Shown piece by piece: positions 1-9,038 of a DNA stretch of 64,000 nt. The stretch is taken from assembly GCA_002412795.1 (NCBI GenBank), contig DHVS01000032.1, positions 27,577 to 91,576 on the forward strand, read 5' to 3'. Within the stretch, counting starts at the first letter, position 1. Every line of letters starts with the position of its first letter. The position numbers were made by a program, and so were the translations under genes. The notes under the pieces are model-generated. The model did no database searches. It was given only the letters and a program-made list of their open reading frames with translations, and was not told the DNA's origin. Source of the DNA: a bacterium UBP2_UBA5202. GTDB taxonomy: Bacteria > Edwardsbacteria > AC1 > EtOH8.

Positions 1-914
1 AGAGCCTGCTTTATTCCATCATGTCCGAGGAACAGCAGCGCCGCTACGAGAAGGACCTGGAGCTGGATTTTGCCTTCGGACTGGCCGGGGTGGCCCGGTT
101 CCGCATCAACATTTTCAGGCAGCGGGGCTATGTGGGGGCCATTATGAGGGTGATCCCGCTTAAGATCCGGACCCTGGAGGAATGGAAGCTGCCGCTGATA
201 CTGAAGGAACTGTCCCTGCTTCCCCGGGGCCTGATACTGATCACCGGCCCCACCGGCTCCGGCAAGTCCACCACCCTGGCGGCCATGGTGGAACACATCA
301 ACAACAACCGCCGCAGCCACCTGATCACCCTGGAGGACCCGATAGAGTTCCTGTACAAGGACAACCTGGCCATCATCGAACAGCGGGAGGTGGGCTCCGA
401 CACCCCCAGCTTCGCCTCCGGCCTGCGCCATGTGATGCGCCAGAACCCCGACGTGATCCTGGTGGGCGAGATGCGCAACTACGAGACCATGTCGCTGGCC
501 ATCGCCGCGGCCGAGACCGGGCACCTGGTGCTGGCCACCCTCCACACCACCGACGCCGCCCAGACCGTGGACCGGATCATCAACACCTATCCCCAGGAAT
601 CCCAGGCCCAGGCCCGGGTCCAGCTGGCCACCGTGCTTCAGGCCGTCATTTCCCAGGCCCTGCTGCCGGCGCTGGGCACCCGCAAACTGGTGGGGGCCTT
701 CGAAATCATGCTGGGCACCCCGGCCGTCCGCAGCGTCATCCGGGACGGCAAGACCCCCCAGATCTATTCCCTGATCCAGACCGGATCCAAGTTCGGGATG
801 CAGAGCCTGGACTCCGCCTTGAAGGAACTGGTGACCAGCGGGCAGGTGACACTGGAGGACGCCCTGGCCAAATCCTCCAACCCCGCCGAACTGGAGACTT
901 CCATCAGCCGGTAA
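1..914 (+). CDS. pilT: Type IV pilus retraction ATPase PilT, 5' partial (frame open to window start; ATG at 21 is internal)
   Basis: Walker A GPTGSGKST; PilT family motifs (RFRINIFRQ, HLVLATLHT); about 55 N-terminal residues missing relative to the paralog downstream. Confidence 0.8.
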   Translation, partial: SLLYSIMSEEQQRRYEKDLELDFAFGLAGVARFRINIFRQRGYVGAIMRVIPLKIRTLEEWKLPLILKELSLLPRGLILITGPTGSGKSTTLAAMVEHINNNRRSHLITLEDPIEFLYKDNLAIIEQREVGSDTPSFASGLRHVMRQNPDVILVGEMRNYETMSLAIAAAETGHLVLATLHTTDAAQTVDRIINTYPQESQAQARVQLATVLQAVISQALLPALGTRKLVGAFEIMLGTPAVRSVIRDGKTPQIYSLIQTGSKFGMQSLDSALKELVTSGQVTLEDALAKSSNPAELETSISR

Positions 915-958
915 CTTCCGTTATTTTATTTTTAATTTTTGATGTTTGATTTTAGAAG

Positions 959-2041
959 ATGCAGCTGGCCGAATTACTATATCTGACCTTTCAAAAAGGC
1001 GCTTCCGATCTGATCCTCAAGGTTGGCACCCCGCCGGCCTTAAGGCTTCAGGGCAACCTGGTGCCGGTGGAGCTGTCGGCGCTGACCTCGGAGGACACCA
1101 AGCGCTTTGCCGTGGACATCATGACCAAGGAGCAGCTGGAGCGGTTCCGCCGGGAGCGGGAGATGGACATGGCCTGCTCCATCGCCAACCTCTGCCGTTT
1201 CCGGGCCTCGGTTTTCTACCAAAGGAATGAGTTCGGCCTGGTGTTCCGGGTGGTGCCCAATAGGATACCCACCGTGGACGAGCTGAACCTGCCCATCGTC
1301 TGCAAGAACCTGGCCATGCGGCCCCGGGGCCTGATTCTGGTGACCGGCCCGGCCGGCTGCGGAAAGTCCACCACCATCGCCGCCATGGTGGAGACCCGCA
1401 ACACCAACCAGGACTGCCATATCGTCACCATCGAGGACCCCATCGAGTTCATCTACCAGGACAAGAAGGCCGAGATCAACCAGCGGGAGGTGGGCAAGGA
1501 CACCCACAGCTTCACCAACGCCCTGAAGAGCGTGCTGCGCCAGGACCCGGACATGATAGTGATCGGCGAGATGCGGGACCTGGAGACCATCCAGTTGGCC
1601 ATCACCGCGGCCGAGACCGGCCACCTGGTGCTTTCCACTTTGCACACCACCGATTCCATGCAGACCATCGACCGGATAGTGGAGGTCTTCCCGCCCCACC
1701 AGCAGGCCCAGGTCCGGATGCAGATCTCGGGCAACCTGCTGGCGGTGCTTTCCCAGGTGCTGCCCCGCCGGGCCGACGGCAAGGGCCGGATAGTGGCCTA
1801 CGAACTGATGCTGATCAACAGCGCCATCCGCAACCTGATTCGCGAGGGCAAGACCAGCCAGATCCCCTCGGCCATCCAGATGGGCACCAAGCAGGGCATG
1901 ATGCCTTTGAACCATTCCCTGGCCGAGCTGGTGCGCAAGCGGCTGATCACTTTGGACGAGGCTTTGATCCATACCGACAGCCCCGACGACCTGAAGAACA
2001 ACATGGCCCGGGCGGCCGCCCAGGTGCCGCCGGCAAAATGA
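959..2041 (+). CDS. pilT: Type IV pilus twitching-motility ATPase PilT/PilU paralog
   Basis: Full length 360 aa; GASDLILKVG N-terminal motif; Walker A GPAGCGKST; HLVLSTLHT; tandem with the upstream paralog. Confidence 0.85.
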   Translation: MQLAELLYLTFQKGASDLILKVGTPPALRLQGNLVPVELSALTSEDTKRFAVDIMTKEQLERFRREREMDMACSIANLCRFRASVFYQRNEFGLVFRVVPNRIPTVDELNLPIVCKNLAMRPRGLILVTGPAGCGKSTTIAAMVETRNTNQDCHIVTIEDPIEFIYQDKKAEINQREVGKDTHSFTNALKSVLRQDPDMIVIGEMRDLETIQLAITAAETGHLVLSTLHTTDSMQTIDRIVEVFPPHQQAQVRMQISGNLLAVLSQVLPRRADGKGRIVAYELMLINSAIRNLIREGKTSQIPSAIQMGTKQGMMPLNHSLAELVRKRLITLDEALIHTDSPDDLKNNMARAAAQVPPAK

Positions 2042-2082
2042 TCTTCCGGACAAAACTGTTTCCTGATAAATAAGCGCTTGCC

Positions 2083-2110
2083 AAGGTCGGATCTTCCGGC
2101 CTTTTGTTTT
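2083..2110 (+). terminator. Rho-independent terminator after the pilT pair
   Basis: GGTCGG-ATCTTC-CGGCC hairpin followed by TTTTGTTTTTT. Confidence 0.5.
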
Positions 2111-2322
2111 TTATTGACGAAGATTGAAGTGCCGGGAATTTTTATTAGGAATCCCAGCCTGCGCTAAAGCTACGGCGGACAGGCATGAAACCAGGAAATA
2201 TATTATTTGACTTCCGGTTTTTCTTTTTAGAAGCAAACTATCTCGCCCCTGCCTGTCTCCTTCCCTGTTCCAATTTCCAATTTAACTATTTTCTATTTAT
2301 TAATTTATTTCCTATTTAATTA

Positions 2323-3516
2323 ATGAAGCCTTCCCGCTATAATCACCTCATCCGCCGCCGGAGCCGGCCCCAGATGCTCTACAACTGCGTCCGCCGGAGT
2401 TTTTTGCCCCTGGACCAGGTGCAGGCGGCCATCTACGGCGGCCTGCAGATGCCCATCACCAGGAACCTGATGAACTTCAAGGACCCGGCGGTGGAGCAGA
2501 CCGTGCAGCTTCTGACTGAAGGCGGCTTCCTGGCCGGGGAGCAGGCCGACGAGATGCAGGAGCTGGAGCTGGCCTCCAACCTTTTCCGCTTCTCCCCCCG
2601 CCGGCTGGATCTGTGGATAGGTTTGACCACCCGCTGCGACCAGAACTGTCCCGGCTGCCCTTACCGGGAAAAGGCACAGGACCTGGGTCCCCGGGCGGTG
2701 GAAGTGATCAAGTCCCTGGTGCTGGAGCGCCCCGGGCTTAAGGAACTTTCGGTGACCTTTTGGGGCGGCGAGCCTTCCCTGGCCTGGCCCCTGGCTTTGG
2801 AACTGAAGGAATGGCTGGATGAAGCCTGCCGGAAACTGAACGCCCGGGCGGTTTACCATGTGATCACCAACGGCGGCCCGGACCACCTGCCGGTGATCCT
2901 CAAGGACAAGCAGAACCGGCCGGACCTGATGTTCATCAACCTGGGATCGGGTGAAACGGTGAATGATCCCTCGCTCCGGGCAGTTTACCTGACCAGCCTG
3001 GCCGGGTTGGAAGGAAACAGCAACAAGCTTCCCCCTTCGGCGGCGATAAAATTGATCCCAGGAAAACCTTCGGAAAAGCTCTGCCGCAACCTGGCCGGGT
3101 TCTGCCAGAGCGCCCCCCGGTTCAGCGACGATGAAACGGACGTCCTTAAGGGGCTGGTGAATTCGGGGTTTCAGGTCCTGAACCTGCCCCGGCCCAAGCC
3201 GGTCTGCTGCCAGGCAGCCGACCCCCAGAGTTTCATCGTGGATCCGGAAGGAAATCTTTACAAATGCTGGAACGACCTGGGCCGGCCGGAGAACCGGATC
3301 AACGATAAGATGGATGATCCCTTCTCCCCCCGGTTGTTCAAATGGATGGCCTGGAACCCTTACCGCCAGCAGCACTGCCGGATCTGCGGGCTGCTGCCCT
3401 GGTGCCTGGGCGGCTGCCTGGCCCAGCCCCCCGACGAGGACTGCGGGCTCTGGCATTACTCCCGGAGCGATATTTTGAAACTGCTGGCGGCAGAACATGA
3501 AAAAAGGACGAAGTGA
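2323..3516 (+). CDS. Radical SAM / SPASM-domain maturase-like enzyme with an about 100-aa N-terminal extension
   Basis: CDQNCPGC (CxxxCxxC) at aa 105-112; Cys-rich C-terminal SPASM/twitch-like region (CCQA..C..HCRICG..WCLGGC). Confidence 0.7.
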   Translation: MKPSRYNHLIRRRSRPQMLYNCVRRSFLPLDQVQAAIYGGLQMPITRNLMNFKDPAVEQTVQLLTEGGFLAGEQADEMQELELASNLFRFSPRRLDLWIGLTTRCDQNCPGCPYREKAQDLGPRAVEVIKSLVLERPGLKELSVTFWGGEPSLAWPLALELKEWLDEACRKLNARAVYHVITNGGPDHLPVILKDKQNRPDLMFINLGSGETVNDPSLRAVYLTSLAGLEGNSNKLPPSAAIKLIPGKPSEKLCRNLAGFCQSAPRFSDDETDVLKGLVNSGFQVLNLPRPKPVCCQAADPQSFIVDPEGNLYKCWNDLGRPENRINDKMDDPFSPRLFKWMAWNPYRQQHCRICGLLPWCLGGCLAQPPDEDCGLWHYSRSDILKLLAAEHEKRTK

Positions 3517-3552
3517 AAACTTCGTCCTTTTTGTTGCCGGGACCTAATAACG

Positions 3553-4260
3553 TTACTTCTCCCCGGCCCGGGCCATCAGGGTCAGATAGGTCTTGGCCCT
3601 TAAATTCTTTGGGTCCTTGGCCAGGCAGATCTGCCACTGCTTGCGGGCTTTATCCTTCTGCCCGTTCTTCAAATAGGCCACCCCCAGGAAGATGATGGCC
3701 TCAAGGTAATCGGGGTGGGACCTGGTCAGCGTCTCCAGTTCCTCGATGGCCATGTAATACTGCTCCAGGTTCAGGTGGGTCTTGGCCAGCTTTAAGCGGA
3801 CATCGTGGTGGTGTGGGTTGAGCTTCAGCGCCTTCTGGTACTCCTCGGCCCCTTCGTTATTGTAACCGATGTCGCAGTAGGTGTCACCCAGCCCGGCATG
3901 GGCCGAGGACAGCTTGTTGCGGATGCCGGTGGTCATCCCGCCCTTGATGTCCTCGGCCTCGGTGGCCTGGCTGAAAAAGGAGACCGCCTCCTCGTAACGG
4001 CCCAGTTCGTTCAGGGTGATGGCGATGTTCAGGTGGGCCTCCACATACCGGGGATTGAGCCTGATGGCCTGCTTAAAGGTCTTGATGGCCTGTTCGTATT
4101 CCCCGTTCAGGTGGTAGGCCAGGCCCAGATGGTTGTACAGGTCGGCGAAATTGGGAGAGATCTTGATGGCTTTTTTAAATTCCTGCACGGCCTCGCCGAA
4201 CCGCCCCTTGGAATAGAGTTCGTGGCCCAGCTGGCCGTGTCTTTCGCTTTCAAAGCCCAT
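3553..4260 (-). CDS. TPR repeat protein (start moved to ATG at 4260 with AAGGAAA SD; track start at 4308 is a GTG)
   Basis: Repeated 34-aa TPR units (AxxYxxLGxAYxxxGxYxxAIxxFxxAL). Confidence 0.7.
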   Translation of the reverse strand: MGFESERHGQLGHELYSKGRFGEAVQEFKKAIKISPNFADLYNHLGLAYHLNGEYEQAIKTFKQAIRLNPRYVEAHLNIAITLNELGRYEEAVSFFSQATEAEDIKGGMTTGIRNKLSSAHAGLGDTYCDIGYNNEGAEEYQKALKLNPHHHDVRLKLAKTHLNLEQYYMAIEELETLTRSHPDYLEAIIFLGVAYLKNGQKDKARKQWQICLAKDPKNLRAKTYLTLMARAGEK

Positions 4261-4283
4261 TTTCTTTTTCCTTTGTAACTGTT

Positions 4284-4468
4284 CAGTGCCACTAAGACAC
4301 CAAGGCACAAAAGGGGGATTTAAACCTTGGTTCGTTTTAAAAGTTATTTTGCAAGTTTCGCTTTCGTAAATCTATTTCCCCGAAAGCGGTTTTTTATAGA
4401 ATGACATTTTTATAGTAGCTACAATAATTATTCTATGCTCTTGGTGTCTTAGTGCCACCACGGCACTG
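4284..4468. repeat. About 20-bp inverted repeat arms (CAGTGCCACTAAGACACCAAGG / CTTGGTGTCTTAGTG..GCACTG) flanking about 135 bp of AT-rich DNA; MITE-like or structured RNA
   Basis: Arms read directly at 4284-4305 and 4440-4468; right arm has an 8-nt insertion; lies between the hemW stop and the TPR gene start. Confidence 0.4.
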
Positions 4469-4574
4469 CTCAGTGCATGCTTTGTGGCTGAACGGTTACT
4501 TCCCTTTTTATTGATGGCCGGATACGATAACGATACAAAATCCGGGGCCAAAAGTCAAGGGGAATCATCTACTC

Positions 4575-5690
4575 TTACGCCAGCTCCACCGCCAGGCCGT
4601 CGGCCAGCAGCAGGCCCTGGGGCGTAAGGCGCAAATTTCTGCCGTCCCATTCCGCCCAGCCCCGCTCTTTCCAGCGGAGCCAGACCTGCGGCTTGTGCTC
4701 CAGGGGGGATCTCCCGAATCTGCGCTGATAACTTTTTATCTCAATCCCCGCGGCCATCCGCAAGCCCAGGAACAAAGCCTCGAACCTCTGCTGTTCCGGA
4801 GAAATGGTCTCCCGGAAACCGGCCGGGCTTTTGCCGTTGTTAATGGACCGGACATACCGTTCGCTATTCTTGACATTGCTCCATCTTTTGCCGCCCCGGT
4901 GCGAATGGGCCCCGGCCCCGAACCCCAGGTAATCGCCGGCCCGCCAGTAATTGATGTTGTGCCGGGAGCAATATCCTTTTCGGGCAAAGTTGGAGATCTC
5001 GTAGCGCTTAAGCCCGGCCCGGTCAAGCCTGTCGACGGCCTCCAGATACATGTCGGCTTCAAGCTCTTCGCCGCAGGGAATTATTCTGCCTTCTGCCTTC
5101 TGCCTTCTGAATTCGGTGTTCTCCTCGTAGGTCAGCGAATAAAGCGACAGGTGCCGGGGTTCAAGCGAAAGAGCCTTGGCCAGGTCATTTTTCCAGTCGC
5201 CCAACGACTGCCCCGGCAGGGCGTAGATCAGGTCCAGGCCGATGTTGGCAAAACCAGCTTTGGCCCCCAGCTCAAAGGCTTTGACGGCCTGCCGGGCGGT
5301 GTGAACCCGGCCTATCTGCTTCAACCGGTCGTCGTTGAAGGACTGCACCCCCAGGCTCAGCCGGTTGAAACCCATTTCCCGCAGGGCTTTCAGTTTTTCT
5401 AATGTCACAGTTCCGGGATTGGCCTCTATGGTCAGTTCGGCGTCAGACGGCCAGGGCCGGAGCTCGTTAAGAACCTTCCCGATCAAAGCGGCTGAAGCAA
5501 TGGTGGGGGTGCCACCGCCGAAATAGATCGTCTTTATGTCTTTGATTTCTGCCCTTCGGCCGGCGATCTCCCGGGCCAGGGCCCGAAAATAATTTTTAAG
5601 CCCGGCCGGCTGTCCCAGCGGCTGGGAATTGAACCCGCAGTAGTGACACTTGGCCAGACAGAAGGGAATATGGATGTAAACTGAGTTCAT
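4575..5690 (-). CDS. hemW: Radical SAM heme chaperone HemW / oxygen-independent coproporphyrinogen-III oxidase-like
   Basis: N-terminal HIPFCLAKCHYCGF (CxxxCxxC with the HemN/HemW signature), 371 aa. Confidence 0.85.
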   Translation of the reverse strand: MNSVYIHIPFCLAKCHYCGFNSQPLGQPAGLKNYFRALAREIAGRRAEIKDIKTIYFGGGTPTIASAALIGKVLNELRPWPSDAELTIEANPGTVTLEKLKALREMGFNRLSLGVQSFNDDRLKQIGRVHTARQAVKAFELGAKAGFANIGLDLIYALPGQSLGDWKNDLAKALSLEPRHLSLYSLTYEENTEFRRQKAEGRIIPCGEELEADMYLEAVDRLDRAGLKRYEISNFARKGYCSRHNINYWRAGDYLGFGAGAHSHRGGKRWSNVKNSERYVRSINNGKSPAGFRETISPEQQRFEALFLGLRMAAGIEIKSYQRRFGRSPLEHKPQVWLRWKERGWAEWDGRNLRLTPQGLLLADGLAVELA

Positions 5691-5840
5691 GGATTTGTTA
5701 TGATTTATGATTGCAGCGTCGCCAGCAGTACCTTATAACATTTTTCCCAAAAAGTCAAACAATTTCAGGGCCGTTAAAATATCTCCTGGCCTGGCTTGTA
5801 TCCCCTTGACTTTTTGCCTGAAATTTGACATCATTAAAAT

Positions 5841-7622
5841 ATGTCCAAGTTTTTTGCATCAATAATGATAATGCTGATCTCCTGTTCCCCGGCCCTGGGC
5901 CAGAACCAGTTGTCCGAAGATATTCCGGCCGGGGATGGTTTTGATCTTATCACCATTCTCTCCCCCCTGCCGGATTCCGTCCTTTCCCCGGACGAGCCTT
6001 TGGAGATCTCCCTGCTGCTTTCTGACCTGCAGGATATTTCCCTCAGTCTGCGGTTGGACGGCGAGGACATCACGGCCGGGGCCCAGGTCACCGGCGACTA
6101 CCTCTACTATCTTTCGGACTTTGCCCCCCCGCCCGGGCCGCATCAGATAATTTTGACTGCCCTGAGCGGCCAGGACACTGTTTTTTCACACGGATGGCTG
6201 TTTTACGCCCCTGAAGCCGTGCCCGTCCCGGAAGAAACTTTGCCCTGGGATATCTGGGCCGGGCTGGGATGCCGGTACTCTGACTGCAGCGCCGACACCG
6301 CCGGGCTGGGCCTTTCCCACCCCATCGGTTTTCTGCCCCAGGCCGAACTTTCGCTGTCGGGACCGTTGGGCCGGGCCAATCTATCCGGCAACCTGTCCTA
6401 CGATCCGGCTTACGACAGAGATCCGCACGGCCAGCTACAGCTTTGCCACCCGCGGTGGGAACTGAACCTGGGAGAATTCTACCCCGGGCTTTCGGAACTG
6501 GCTTTTTCCGGTCTCTCCCCTCTGGGCGGGGCCGGAACCTATCAGAACGGCAGTTTAAAGATCGACCTGCTGGCCTGCCGCTCCCAGCCGGCCGACACCG
6601 GCTACCAGACATTCGCCCAGTACATTTACGGCGGCCAAAGCTCGCTGGAACTGCAGGACAGTCTGGTCCTATCGGCCGGGTATTATTCCGGATCCGACCA
6701 GCCTTCCTCCCTGCCGGACTCGGTCAGATATAAGACCAGTTCCTACATTTACACCGACCCCCTGCTGGGAATTTCCGATACCATAATATCCGTGGACACC
6801 CTGCACCCCGGCCGTAACCGGCTGATGATGCTTTCCCTGTCCTATCCTTTCAAAAAGCTGCTACTGTCCGGAGAGTACATCCGCACCCGGCTGATCCCCG
6901 ATAACGGAAAAACAATTTACGGCCACGGTTACTCGGCCAATGCAAGCTTCAGGCGGGAAAGGCACCTTTGGGCGGCCCGGTATATTTCGCTGGGCCAGTC
7001 TTTCTACAGTTTCGGCAACCCATACGCCGAGGCGGCCAAAAATGAACTGGCGCTGAACCAGGAGTCTGACTGGAATAAAATACTCAGCACCCTGGCCTAC
7101 GCCTCGGCCTATAAGATATTCACCGATTCCGCCGCCGGAAGCAGTTACAGGGCCGGGGCCTCGCTGCGGTTGGCCGGCCTTAGCCCGGACCGGTGGTTTT
7201 CCGGGTTTTCCATTACTTACGACTACAATCTCCGTCCTTACACCGGGTACACCTATCAGAGCCGCAGCCTGGGAGCAAGTTTGAGCTTAAAATGGAAACG
7301 GCTCCGGGCCATGCCCCTCTATTCTTATTCCGCCAGCCAAAGCGACCGGCTTACCCAATCCCAATCGGTCAACCTTGACCTGAACTACGCTGCCGGGAAA
7401 ACCTGGCAGATCAATTCCGGCTACCAGTATTATCAGATCCGGGATGACCTGAACACCATCGACCAACTCAAGCACACGGGGTATCTCAAGAACACCATCA
7501 GCCTGGGAAACAAATTCTCGCTGGAGCTGGGCGTCAAACAGATTAACAAGAGCGACCGTCTGGACCAATCCAAATCGTACCGCCAGCACCTGGCCTGGGT
7601 TGATTTTGGTTACAGGTTTTAA
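5841..7622 (+). CDS. Secreted protein, probable outer-membrane beta-barrel
   Basis: Signal peptide MSKFFASIMIMLISCSPALG; Gly/Ser/Tyr-rich alternating pattern; C-terminal aromatic residue (..GYRF). Confidence 0.4.
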   Translation: MSKFFASIMIMLISCSPALGQNQLSEDIPAGDGFDLITILSPLPDSVLSPDEPLEISLLLSDLQDISLSLRLDGEDITAGAQVTGDYLYYLSDFAPPPGPHQIILTALSGQDTVFSHGWLFYAPEAVPVPEETLPWDIWAGLGCRYSDCSADTAGLGLSHPIGFLPQAELSLSGPLGRANLSGNLSYDPAYDRDPHGQLQLCHPRWELNLGEFYPGLSELAFSGLSPLGGAGTYQNGSLKIDLLACRSQPADTGYQTFAQYIYGGQSSLELQDSLVLSAGYYSGSDQPSSLPDSVRYKTSSYIYTDPLLGISDTIISVDTLHPGRNRLMMLSLSYPFKKLLLSGEYIRTRLIPDNGKTIYGHGYSANASFRRERHLWAARYISLGQSFYSFGNPYAEAAKNELALNQESDWNKILSTLAYASAYKIFTDSAAGSSYRAGASLRLAGLSPDRWFSGFSITYDYNLRPYTGYTYQSRSLGASLSLKWKRLRAMPLYSYSASQSDRLTQSQSVNLDLNYAAGKTWQINSGYQYYQIRDDLNTIDQLKHTGYLKNTISLGNKFSLELGVKQINKSDRLDQSKSYRQHLAWVDFGYRF

Positions 7623-7730
7623 GCCTCCCCCGGGAGTTTCCCGGAACCGGGCAAAACAGTCCTCCAAGTCCTTTTGCTTTAACGTTTTAGGTCTTTATTG
7701 GATGCCTCGTTCAAATAATGCTCTTATCCG

Positions 7731-7759
7731 GGAACTGGGAGGGGTTAAAACGGCTCTAA
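7731..7759 (+). promoter_or_regulatory. Candidate ECF-type promoter (GGAACT-N18-TCTAA) upstream of the ECF sigma gene
   Basis: GGAACT at 7731-7736 and TCTAA at 7755-7759, 13 nt before the ATG; spacer one or two nt longer than typical. Confidence 0.25.
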
Positions 7760-7771
7760 CTTGATAGCAAT

Positions 7772-8335
7772 ATGACGGAAAACAGCAATATAGCATTTGA
7801 CCAGATAGTCCAGCGATACGATAAGCGGCTTTTTAATTTGCTTTTTCGTTTGACGGGCGATTATGACCTGGCCCAGGACCTGGCCCAGGAAGTTTTCCTG
7901 ATCGCTTACAAGGAGTACTCCAAGTTCCGGGGCGAATCCGATTTCTTTACCTGGCTTTATCGGATAGCGGTGAACCATCACCGCCGGTATTTAAGGAAAA
8001 AGAAGGTGCTGTCTTTCTTCGGCCTGGGTGAGAGAACTCCGGAGGAAGAGGTATCCGACCCCGGGGCTCTGGATCAGATGGAAAAGATAGAAAATTTATC
8101 CCAGGACAAGGCGGTCCGGGAAGCGGTGGCCGGGCTCCCGGCGGAATTCAGGGAAACAGTGGTGCTGTTTTACTTTGAGGACCAGGCCTGCGACGATATC
8201 GCCAAAATTTTGGACTGCTCCCCGGGCACCGTAAAATCACGCTTGTGGCGGGGCCGCCAGATCCTGGCTCAAAAGCTTAACGGCTTGAAGGCCGCCAATA
8301 ATCAGGGAGGAAAAAATGAACTGCAAACAAATTGA
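7772..8335 (+). CDS. RNA polymerase ECF (sigma-70 family, sigma-24) factor
   Basis: Region 2 (LAQEVFLIAYKEYSKF..WLYRIAVN) and region 4 HTH (CDDIAKILDCSPGTVKSRLWRGR). Confidence 0.85.
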   Translation: MTENSNIAFDQIVQRYDKRLFNLLFRLTGDYDLAQDLAQEVFLIAYKEYSKFRGESDFFTWLYRIAVNHHRRYLRKKKVLSFFGLGERTPEEEVSDPGALDQMEKIENLSQDKAVREAVAGLPAEFRETVVLFYFEDQACDDIAKILDCSPGTVKSRLWRGRQILAQKLNGLKAANNQGGKNELQTN

Positions 8336-9038
8336 AATATTTTTCCGGGACAATCCCGGCTCCGCTTTGCCGCCCCAGGCCCAAAGCCATGTCCGGGAAT
8401 GCCCGGAGTGCCGGGCTTTGGCATCGGAACAAGACGGATTGGAAGCTCTGCTGCGGAACCAGCCCAGAGTTGAACTTCCCCCTTATTTCCAGGCCAGGCT
8501 CTGGGCCAGGATAAACCGGGCCGAAGCCAGACCGAAGTTTTTTGAATTGCGGCCGGCCCGGCTTTCCCTGGCCGCCTCGGCCCTGATGATCGCCGCCGTG
8601 ATGCTGCTGTTCTTGCGGGCTCCGGTGCCGGAAAATGTTTTTGCCCCCCAGGCGGTTATCCAAACACCTTCACCCGCCACAACCCCGGAGAGTGTCACCG
8701 GTATGCCTGAAGTAAACATCGCCGTCGTTGCGCCGGAGGCCATTGAGCCCAGCCGGATCTATCCGGTCTGGCCCGGGGAGCAGGATGTAGCCGAGAGCCG
8801 GGATCTGAATATAGTGGCCTCCTTTTACCCGGCGGTTCAAACCAGCGACCGCATAAAGGTAAGCATTGACGAACGTCCCCTGGCTTCCTCCCATTATCAG
8901 ATGAAGGAAGATTATCTGACCATCACCCCCAATAACATGGCGCCGGGCCAGCACGTGGTGCAGGTATCCCTGACCGGCCGAGACGGCCGGGAGACCAACA
9001 AAAGCTGGAGCTTTTACCTGCTGGAGGAACGCTCATGA
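8316..9038 (+). CDS. Zinc-finger (ZAS-type) anti-sigma factor, single-pass membrane protein
   Basis: HVRECPECRA (Hx3Cx2C) near the N-terminus; one TM helix (LSLAASALMIAAVMLLFL); overlaps the sigma gene by 20 nt. Confidence 0.6.
   Translation: MNCKQIEIFFRDNPGSALPPQAQSHVRECPECRALASEQDGLEALLRNQPRVELPPYFQARLWARINRAEARPKFFELRPARLSLAASALMIAAVMLLFLRAPVPENVFAPQAVIQTPSPATTPESVTGMPEVNIAVVAPEAIEPSRIYPVWPGEQDVAESRDLNIVASFYPAVQTSDRIKVSIDERPLASSHYQMKEDYLTITPNNMAPGQHVVQVSLTGRDGRETNKSWSFYLLEERS

Noticed and set aside
182-949. 255-aa ORF in an alternate frame across pilT (Pro/Gly/Arg-rich)
   Set aside because: Low-complexity translation typical of off-frame reading in GC-rich coding DNA. The in-frame PilT motifs are unambiguous.
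1040-2053. 337-aa antisense ORF across the second pilT
   Set aside because: Mirror-strand artefact of high GC. No motifs. The sense strand encodes a complete PilT.
2185-2232. Tiny ORF MKPGNILFDFRFFFL considered as a possible rSAM precursor peptide
   Set aside because: No Shine-Dalgarno, no Cys/Gly-rich core, and only 15 codons. Nothing supports it beyond position.
2320-3498. 392-aa antisense ORF across the radical SAM gene
   Set aside because: The plus strand carries the CxxxCxxC and SPASM cysteine pattern. The antisense product is low complexity.
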